DNA of 64,000 nucleotides from Hemiscyllium ocellatum (Eukaryota), in contig NW_026867533.1 of assembly GCF_020745735.1 (NCBI RefSeq), positions 62,001-126,000 on the forward strand, in the 5' to 3' direction. Positions 39,263 to 48,424 of this stretch are shown piece by piece. Position numbers and translations under genes: made by a program. The notes under the pieces are model-generated. The model saw nothing but the letters and a program-made list of their open reading frames with translations. It was not told the DNA's origin and did not search any database. The stretch's first letter is position 1. Every line of letters starts with the position of its first letter.

Positions 39263-41964
39263 ATTTTTAGCAAGGCAATCACACATTATATTTCTTGATT
39301 CCAGGGAAGTTACAGTGTTAAATTAATGAAATATGATGATTGGGATGTTTCAATTGGAAATTGTCAGAGATTTAAAGTTTACTTTCATGTGCAATTAATT
39401 CCAGCCTCATTGTGTCACAGTACTCACAGGAATGTCTTTCAGAAATGGTGTCTCCCTTTGTTATGGGCAGTCGAATCAGTAAATCTGGGATAGTTTTTGC
39501 TTGTTAAACAAAGGTGTTAAAGAGTTTTAGCCAAAGGGAGACCTGGGGATTGAGCTCACAGATGCACCAAGATCTAAGTAAGTGGGGGAACAGCTCGAGG
39601 GGCTGAGTGCCCTCCTCTTGTTCCTACCTTCCTATCATTGTGTCATTCATTAAGCTAGCACTGGCCGTGAGTACTTTTTATTAAAATATTTCAACAAATT
39701 AATTGTTTGACACATGCTTTAAAAAAAACTTCTGTTGATTATTTGGAACGGGATCATTGACATCCTCTATTTGCGTGATCAAAATAACTTCCACCCAATT
39801 ACAGCAGCCACTGCACTCTGCAGTGTGTTGTTACTTCATAATAGTTTCTTGTGAAACTACAGCTCGAGATCGGGGCGCTCAAATTCAATAATATCTCTGA
39901 ACATTCGCAATTTGTTCAAATGCATCTTTTCTCTGAAGAACGTGTTTAATTGAACAGAACTTTTTTCAATGAAACAACAAACTTTAAAGGCTAGAAAACC
40001 AAAATAAAGACAGAAACTTCTGAAGAAACTCAGCAGGTCTAGCAGCTCCTGTGGAGAGAAGGCAAGGTTAACCTTTCGCATCCAAAGACCCCCTCTTCAC
40101 CAAATAGTTTTCATGTTTTTGGTACAAGAGCTCACACCTGTTGAGATAAACAGTGATTACGTTGGCTTGACTCCTGTTGGAAACAGAATTCTTAGCAGAG
40201 GTACTGGATGGTCTGAGATAGCAATGGAAGACCAACTGAAAATCTATCACCATCTGCTGCAAGTGTTGGATTCAGCAGAACCCTCACCGTACTGAACTAT
40301 CAAATTCAGCTACAGCACTGGTTTAATATAAAGTAAAACAGCCTCAGCATAATCTCATCAAATATGCTTTGAAATGATTCATTCTGGATTAGTTATAAAT
40401 GATATTGTTAGAACAGCAAGTCAAAAGCTGGGATTTCTTTGAGCACTTACTCCATTAACCCCATCTAGCGATGCCCAAAAGCTTGTGAACAAATATTGAT
40501 CTGGAAAAAGCTGCTAACCACCAAAATTCTGTTTAATATCTAAGAGACACAAGTAAGAACAGCGACTGAATAGATTTCACTGGCCTCTGTGAGTGGAATT
40601 CCAACAAACACCCAAACATCTCAATCTGCTTTCTTGCATTGAAGTAACCTGATATGAGATGGTGTTACATACCTCTCTAACAGGTTGTAAGTGAACACAG
40701 GCCACCTGGCACAGAATCAGGGACCCTACTATAACTTCACAACAGACCTGAACACAATGAGCTCGACATTATCACGGAGAACATAGCCCACCTGTTTTGA
40801 CAGTACATAAACCATGTTAGTTATTAACACCTTCCAACAACCAGGGATTGTTCCAGAATGTTTGTACAATGAAAGTAACATTTCAACATTTATCCAAGAA
40901 TACTTTGACAGCAGCTCCAAATTGTTCAAACTCTATGGGAACTACAGAGGAATAAAACTAGGAATTGCATTGCCATCAATTCACTGTCACTAGATTCCAA
41001 CCTCGAACTCCCTTCCTCTTTCCCCTGTGATTGTTGCTGCACCAGACGGTCTACTGAGTTTGAAAAAGATTAAAATGTTTTGAAGTGTAATATGACCATT
41101 GCCAGTGACATTAAAATCTGATAATAGGTTTTCAAATAATAAGATGCAAAAAAAAATTCTGATTCTACATTGTGCCACGAAACATCTCCTGCATAACTGA
41201 GGCACAAAGAAAATATGCAGCATATTTCCCTCTGCCTCGCTCAATCAAATATCTCTTGTTGCCAACAACCAATTTCAGAACTCTTGCTCTCTGCCTTTTG
41301 TTCCTGAAACGTTTGTTCTGATTGGAACAACTTAGTCAGGGCTCTCAATTCTGAGGCACCTATTGTATTTCTGGCAGATCAAAGTGGTTTTGAAGCACGA
41401 GATGAAATTGAACTGTCTGAGATTCAGGTATCCGAACTGGACAATTTATAAATGGTCAGGACCGTTGACAAGTTAGTCAGAGATAGCACTGAAACAAACT
41501 GTACAACAGACTTAATCCTAGAGGATACATTGCTCAACTCCTCACGTCAAATATATTCACTGTAATTGAATATTCATCAGAAGAACTAACCAGTGGATTA
41601 ATGTGAATGAGAATGTGCTCACAATGAACATAAATAACCACTGAGTTAATAAACTTAATAAGTCATTGCATTTAACAAAATTATTGAGGTGGGAAATATC
41701 GCCAATTAAAGCACAGATCTGGAGGAAATGGGTTATTCTCTAAATTATTTTTACATATTCTTAAAATATTCCTCAAACTGTGGAGATTTTGCATGCACTG
41801 CATAAACAATACTACATTCCAGTGTGGAAAGCATTTCTGTTGAAGGAATTAGGGCAAGGTTATTTTCTTGTTAACTGCTTTTAATGAACTAAAATGTTTA
41901 AAAAGGTGTGAATTGAAAACATGCTTCTGTCTGGAGTTGCCCACTTTAACGGATGTCTAAGTAA

Positions 41965-42243
41965 ATGTGGCACTGCTGCCTCACAGATCCAGGTACCCAG
42001 GCTCGGTTCCAGCCTATGTGGAGTTTACACAATCTCCCCTGTGTCTGTGTGGATTTCCTCCCACAATCCAAAGATGTGCATGTCAGGTGAACTGGTCATG
42101 CTATATTGTCTATAGTGTTAGGTGCATTAGTCAGGGATAAATATAGGGTAGGGGAATGGGTCTGGGTGGGTTACTCTTCAGAGGGTCGGTGTGGACTTGT
42201 TGGGCCAAATGGCCCGATACATACTGCAGGAAATCTAATCTAA
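41965..42243 (+). mobile_element. HE1-type SINE
   Basis: CACTGCTGCCTCACAG..TGTGGAGTTTACAC..CCTCCCACAATCCAAAGATGTGC..TTGTTGGGCCAAATGGCC with CR1-like tail. Confidence 0.8.
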
Positions 42244-42489
42244 ATGATTGCCACACTGAACTGATGTGAATAGATTCCTTCTGATCGCTACATTGCAATA
42301 AATTGGTCAAGTATATTAATTAAAATAAATAGTACTCTATTTTCAGTGTCTGAATAAACAATGTGCTCTGTTATCCTCTAGTTCATGTCTTCTGCAAATT
42401 TGTGAACTCTGCATCCGCCTGAACACATCGATGTAAAATGAATTCTCTGCGTTTGCAACAAGTACTCCCATGGTTTAAGAGGAGAGTTC

Positions 42490-42828
42490 CTACAGTATGG
42501 AAACAGGCCATTTGGCCCAACAATTCCACACTGACCCTCTGTTCAGTAAGTAGCCCACCCAGACCCATTCCCCCTAATTTATATTTGCCCCTGACTAATG
42601 CACCCTAACATACACATCCCTGAACACTATGGCTGTGCTCAATTACACAATCACCTAACCTGCACTTCTTTTGGACTGTGGTAGGAAACCAGAGCGCCCG
42701 AAGGAAACCCACGCAGACACAGGGAGAATGTGCAAACTCCACACAGGCAGTCACCCGAGGGTGGAATCAAATTTGGGACCTTGGCGCTGTGAGGTAGCAA
42801 TGCCAATCACTGAGCTACCATGCTGCCC
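42490..42828 (-). mobile_element. HE1-type SINE (inverted relative to 41965-42243)
   Basis: Minus strand GGGCAGCATGGTAGCTCAGTGATTGGC..GTGTGGAGTTTGCACATTCTCCCTGTGTCTGCGTGGGTTTCC..TTGTTGGGCCAAATGGCC. Confidence 0.82.
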
Positions 42829-44440
42829 TGCGAGTTCATGAGTGGATTACTTTAATTAATTCAAAATTTGACCTTGGTTACATAACTCACTATAGCAGTT
42901 GTTTCCGGAAGAATGACTCTTCAGTTGATATTTTGATGTAAAATGTAACTATTTATTTAAAATGCACAGATTGGGAACACCTAAAGTACTGTGCAGGTTA
43001 AATAATTCAGTTAATGTTTTATTTTTATCCTGCAAATCCATTTTAATCAGGGACATAACAATTAATTAACTCAAGTTATGTGTGAAACTGATCAAAGCAG
43101 TGAACCTGATCTGTTCTTCATGGAATTGAGCAGAATTTCCAAATGGGCTTTGCCAATGATCTTTTCCAGCCAGAAAAATATGTATGTCGTGTACAGCGGA
43201 ATTGAAAGGTGTTTCTTGATCAATTATAGCACAGTCATGGCATTTTTGCTCAAGAGCAAGAACTATTAGAACATTAGACTTTTGAAATTCTATTTATATT
43301 TCTCTATGACTTGTAAACTGTTTAAAGACAGACGTTGTGATTTAACTAGATAGTTGAGTTTTGAATTTGGATTGTAAAGCATGGATTAGATTAATCCTTA
43401 ATTATTTATTTTACGTAAAAATAGCGCCTGAAGATATCTGTTTTCCCTTCATTTCTAAAACCTTTGCGATTTGCCTTTCACTTAATAATAGACTCTATGA
43501 AATTTTAACTCGCATGCTGATTGCATTGAATGAGGAAAGAGCAGTTCACTGTCACCAACCGTGTTAACATTGCAAAAACAATGTAGAAACCAGAAACAGT
43601 TTCCCAAATATAACACATTTAATGTTACCCAAGCACAGTCCCTCCTCAACAGATCAACGATCACCAGATCACAACACGGTGTGTTTGCAGCAGAACTAGC
43701 TCTGCAAACACTTTCAACAGAACCAAGAACATGATGTAACCTCACAAAAAAACCAAATTGAAGTCTAACAAAGCTGCTCAGAATCAAGCAAAATAGTGAT
43801 TAAATTGAATAGAAATAACAGGTCATAAAGCAACCTTGTTGGTGAGGGGACTTAACACTTAAAACTGTAACGTTTCTGGCAATAGTTCAATTTACTTCCA
43901 ACCTGCACACCCTTCCTGATCATGACAATCTTGTGCAGCGCACAGTCGAGTGGGGTTGAAAGCATATATTGATTAATCACTTCATGGTCAAAGCAAAATT
44001 ACTGAATGGACAAATATTACCACATTATAATTTTAAGTTAGTTTCAATTATGTAATCTGATCAATTCTGCAGTTTCAGATTTTAGTCCCAAATTTTATTT
44101 TGAATGAGGCTACTCAAAACAAAATTCAGTTAGTTTACAATTAGAACGGAGTTTTTTAAAAAAATCAATGCATTAAAAACTCGTTTTTTTTTCATTTCTC
44201 ACACTTCCGGGTTTCTGCCTTAAGTTGTTTTTCAGACCGTTACAAATAGATGTAATGTTTTCAATCAAGCAGATAAAAATGTGTCATATAAGTTTAACAA
44301 ATGCAGAAATGATTCATGAAAAACAAAAGAACTTCACAAATATTGGTAATGAAAAGTATTCCAGAGAGTCAATCTCCTCACCAGAAAGAAAACACCAATT
44401 CAGAAAGCATGAAAACGCAGATCAATTTCACAAACTGAAT

Positions 44441-44730
44441 AAGAATCCAATCAACTCAATTCAACAGAATCAAGGAAAATAAAATCAGAATCCAATCAAC
44501 TCAAAACAACAGATTTGAATGAAACATAATCAGAATCCAACAAATTCAATTCAACAGAATCAATTAAAACAATTCCAAAAGCCAATCAACACAATTCAAC
44601 AAAACCAAGTAAAAACAAAGTCAGAATCCAATCAACACAGTTCAACCCAATCAACTAAAACAAAGCCAAAATCCAATCAACTCAATTCAACAGAATCAAG
44701 TAAAACAAACTCAGAATCTAATCAACAGAA
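44441..44730. repeat. Degenerate 45-bp tandem repeat, about 6.5 copies, in the J-CH1 intron
   Basis: Units close to CAGAATCCAATCAACTCAATTCAACAGAATCAAGTAAAACAAANT run from 44441 to a partial unit at 44712; period 45 with one 46-nt unit. Confidence 0.9.
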
Positions 44731-45244
44731 TGCAATATAGCACCTCAAGAAACTTTTATGACAGTTTCTAACCTGCTTGTCATCAACAAAATTAACAAAA
44801 TAAATGAGATAATATAATCATGGTAAGAACATATATTCAAGAAATGAATAATGATATTTTAGCATATTTTAGTCATGTTTGGTAATATCTTGAACGTCTT
44901 TGAATTCTTAGGGTTTGTTGTTGATAATAAAACTCACAGTCAGGGTGTCACTGGCATTAAACATTATTTATAGCTGACTGATTAAGAGACATTAGGTGTT
45001 TCAAGTAACCCAGCCACATAGAATGTCCATCTGATCAAAAAAAAGAGATACACCGAGCAACTGACTCCATCATCACCATTTTAACTATTTGCTAAGCATT
45101 AACTGAAGTCTATAATCCGTCTGAACAAAAATCAATCCGAACCAAACCAAACTCAGCACAGAATCTGAGTTTCATTTAATTCAGAAATTAGTCACATGAA
45201 TAGAAAGTTTTTAAAAAGTCACTAAGAATGTTCAAAGTTCTTAC

Positions 45245-45298
45245 CTGAAGTCACTGTCACCATGGTCCCTTGGCCCCAGTCGCCAACTCCAGCTATAT
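45245..45298 (-). CDS. IGHJ: Joined D(2)-JH exon (IAGVGDWGQGTMVTVTS)
   Basis: ATATAGCTGGAGTTGGCGAC-TGGGGCCAAGGGACCATGGTGACAGTGACTTCAG|GTAAG: WGxG motif and phase-1 donor at 45244. The usual FDY before WG is replaced by a D-like sequence. Confidence 0.92.
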
Positions 45299-45326
45299 CA
45301 CTGTGGGACACATTGTGCCAAATACT
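45299..45326 (+). other. Recombination signal sequence, 12-bp spacer, 5' of the D-J exon
   Basis: Read outward from the coding end: CACTGTG (45299-45305), 12-nt spacer GGACACATTGTG, nonamer CCAAATACT (45318-45326; 6/9 to consensus). The essential CAC is intact. Confidence 0.82.
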
Positions 45327-45627
45327 ATGACAGACTGTAAACTGTAAAATGCAAATAATTTCTTCACTTCCTCGAAAGCAGTGATTCAGACTCCTCTAAA
45401 AATGACTCTGCATTATTTCAGCTTTTACTATTCATTGCATTTTGAAAGCTTGGAATACTTTTCCAGGTTTGGTCTGCATTTAACTTGACAATCAACACGA
45501 AGAAGGTAGAAAAAAATTATACATTTATACAAACTAGCACGACTGGATTGTGTTTAAATTGCATCTCACATTATTTCTCGCTCCTGCCACGGTAGAAATC
45601 ATCAATTTGAGATAAATCCTTATCAGT

Positions 45628-45665
45628 GGTTATTGTATGAGGATGTAGCTGTGCACAGCACTGTG
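45628..45665 (-). other. Recombination signal sequence, 22-bp spacer (23-class), 3' of V(D)
   Basis: Minus strand: CACAGTG (45665-45659), 22-nt spacer CTGTGCACAGCTACATCCTCAT, nonamer ACAATAACC (45636-45628; 8/9 to ACAAAAACC). Confidence 0.93.
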
Positions 45666-45971
45666 ACCCACTTGCACAGTAATAGATGGCGGTGTCTTCG
45701 ATCTTCAGGTTCCCCATGTTCAACGAGAAAATGTTGTTTGAAGTGTCTTTGGACGCAGTAAATCGACCCTTGATCGCTGGTGCATAGTTATTGCTGGATG
45801 GATTCTTGTAGCTAACCAGCCACTCCAGACCCTGGCCGGGAACCTGGCGGATCCAGTGCATCCAGTCGCTGCTGAGATCGAACCCGCTGGTTTTACAGGT
45901 CAGTTTCAGGCTGCCTTCGGGACGGCCAGTCTTTGCCTCTGGCTGGGTCAAAACAATCTCCGACTGGACAC
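45666..45971 (-). CDS. IGHV: VH exon, apparently with a D1 remnant pre-joined at its 3' end (ends ...YYCASG+T)
   Basis: Acceptor TTTTAAAG|GT. Translation [49 protein letters not shown]...[33 protein letters not shown] has the conserved Cys, Trp and YYC and no stop, and is followed directly by an RSS. Confidence 0.97.
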
Positions 45972-46099
45972 CTTTAAAACAGAAAAGAAATAAACCATGA
46001 GCATTAATGCAGATGAAATGATGCCTGAGTCTTTTACATTCCTGAGGTAGACTAACATTGAGACAGTAACAAAGACAGACTTGAACAAAAAACACTCAC

Positions 46100-46148
46100 A
46101 TGATAAGAAAGTCAGTAATAAACTGAGAAAAATTGTCGACACAATCAT
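46100..46148 (-). CDS. IGHV: IgM heavy-chain leader exon (MIVSTIFLSLLLTFLS + phase-1 T; spliced leader ends CVQS)
   Basis: ATG at 46148, hydrophobic signal peptide, donor T|GTGAGT at 46099. Joining to the acceptor at 45971 gives ...[13 protein letters not shown]. Confidence 0.93.
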
Positions 46149-46234
46149 TCTGATAACTTCTGGGAAGCGGTTCTGTCAAGATCTTTCTAAACAAAGCCGA
46201 TCCCGGAGTGTTGAATTACGGTCCAGTGCCTAGG

Positions 46235-46241
46235 ATTTATA
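46235..46241 (-). promoter_or_regulatory. VH promoter TATA box (TATAAAT)
   Basis: TATAAAT about 87 nt upstream of the leader ATG. No ATGCAAAT octamer seen in the proximal promoter. Confidence 0.7.
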
Positions 46242-46518
46242 TGGCCATCGGAAAGGGCAGGCTTACAGCTTCCGCCTGTTGGTTTCCTGCTGGAGGCTGA
46301 GACTGGATCCTGGTCTCAGCTTGCGCAGCCCCAACACATGGGCTCATGTATTTACCAGGTTACGCTTAAACACGGATATATACACATCTTGGGATATTTA
46401 TTTTGCTGAATAGCTTCTTTGGGAGTGTTTTCTTTAAATGGTGGAAGTAAAATTGAGTAGCTTCAGGTCTGTTTCACATGATAGTTGCAAGTATTTTGTT
46501 TTAAAAAAAATTCATTCG

Positions 46519-46965
46519 GAAGTTAGCTCCCTTTATTTCTACATTCATTCACAAGCAGATAAAACTAAAATCAAAGTTCAAACGTATTACTAGCTAGTAA
46601 AACAATTGAGCTTTTATTTCCCAGGACACTGCCAGTCTCTGTCCCACTACAAAATAACATGTAATTCATACTAAACATTTCAAAATTCAATTTAGGCAAC
46701 TGAATACAGAGCGTGTCCAAAGTGATTCTATTCAGAATATTCAATTAGAAGTTAACTCCCTTTAATTCTACATTCCACCACAAGCAGATAAAGCTAAAAA
46801 GAACTTCAATCAGTTATTAACCAACAAAATGAGTGACTTTATTTTTGCTGTCACTCAAAGTCTCTCTCACTTTACAAAATAACATCCCATTTCTAATCTG
46901 CGTTTCTAAATTCCATTTAGGCAACCTAATATGGAGCAGGTCTAAAGTGATTATGTTCGGAATGT
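46519..46965. repeat. Old tandem duplication, 2 x about 229 bp, upstream of the VH promoter
   Basis: GAAGTTA(G/A)CTCCCTTTA..CTACATTC..CACAAGCAGATAAA starts at 46519 and 46748; collinear similarity continues to AAAGTGATT...TTC.GAAT. Confidence 0.8.
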
Positions 46966-48424
46966 GAGTGGATGTCACTAAACAGCTTGGACCCGGAGAT
47001 TAGAAGCACCTCCTTACATTGCAGAATGTCTCTCCTTGCATCTTTTTTATCAAATTGCTCCGACCCTAAAATGCATAGTAAAGGAAAGCTGTGTGCCTGC
47101 GAAACAAAAAGTGAGTTGGCAGTGATACATAACGCCTAGGTAAACTTTTGAAAGAACATCTAATGAACCAGAACAGGACAGTCCATACGTTTTTTTTTTA
47201 AATCCTCAACATCTAAACCTTTGCAGGTAACTGTCTGGGGACATCAGGAGTGTTTGGTTAAATTAGAGAGTATTACAATAATCATTACCACGAATGTAGG
47301 TTATAAACAGTACATTTCTCTGTTCACTGATAGCTCTGACAGGGGCAGTTAACTCATAAAAATAAGCAAAAATTCACTGTTACACGACACCAGTGTTCAC
47401 CATGTATAAAGGGCCCACTCAGTTTTCATGAGATACATGAATCAGAGAATGATGCAACAAGTGATGTGAGTTTGAACCAATTCAAGTTTGTTAATTTACT
47501 TTGAGATGATAACAAATGTTACTGCAGTGTGGGATTTTGGATCCATTAACTTCATATTCAGGAGCTTTCAAGATACTCAATAAACAGACTGGACTAACCA
47601 GAATGTCACTGCATTCACTGTCCTGTTTCTGATAGTCATACAGTGAATGCTGTATTCTGTGACTTTCCTTTTTAAAGAAGAAATGCCAAGTGAAATGTAT
47701 CCATTGTGAGTAAATGGGAAAATATAGTTTGTTTGGTAGGATTTTACTTTAGTTGATTCATTTTCCCTTTAATCGGCCAGATACAATAGTTGGCAGCAAT
47801 TAAGCTGACTGCAGAAAAGGTCCTTGAGTTTCAGTTTCATTTACTGGAAGCAGGTGGAGTTTCTGCAGTGGATCAAAGATATTTTGTCTCACTGTTGACC
47901 AGTTGGTGGAAAGCAAACTGCAAATCATAACCACTGCCTCTGCAGGAACACATCTACTCAGCAACAATACTGGAGAAAAGTTTATTTTTCAGTTGTGAAA
48001 CTTGGAGAACCAATCACTCCTCTTATTGAAGGAAATATTCGCAGAGTCTCAGACACAACCTAAACATCAACAGTTCATTCGAGGGTCACTGTGTAATATT
48101 GAGAAAAATTGATAAATGGTCATAGAGTCATGGAGTGATACAGCATGGAAACAAACACTTCAGTCCAACCAGTCCATGCCAGTCATAATCCCAAACTAAA
48201 CTAATCCCACCTGTGTGTACTTGGCCCATATCCTTCCAAACATTTGATATTCATTTACTTATCCAAATGTCTTCTATAGGTTGTAAGTATCCATTGCCAG
48301 ATCATCCCACACACAAACCATTCTCTGTGTAAAATGTTGTCTCTGATATCTTTTTTAAAAATTTTCTCCTCTCATTGTAAAAACATGTTCCCCATTGTTG
48401 AAATCCCCCACCATAGGGAAAATA

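Noticed and set aside
44441-44730. CRISPR-like array
   Set aside because: Contiguous degenerate tandem units with no unique spacers, in a vertebrate intron.
44225-44740. Q/N-rich ORFs at 44225-44482 and 44519-44740
   Set aside because: By-products of the 45-bp (15-codon) repeat, antisense to IgM within an intron.
45349-45356. ATGCAAAT octamer in the D1-D2 spacer as a germline-transcript promoter
   Set aside because: The same 8-mer occurs at about 5901, 6019, 14496, 19430 and 57597, so it is near chance frequency in this AT-rich window. Kept only as a note.
45571-46095. 174-aa ORF as a single-exon gene
   Set aside because: It reads through the leader intron and past the RSS. The real structure is the leader exon 46100-46148 spliced to the V exon 45666-45971.
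25498-46148. IgM1gj, IgW or IgNAR identity
   Set aside because: Four C exons including CH2, a mu-type secretory tail, a conventional VH with WxRQ and an unjoined RSS pair fit ordinary IgM. It is not the fully joined three-domain IgM1gj, IgW or IgNAR.
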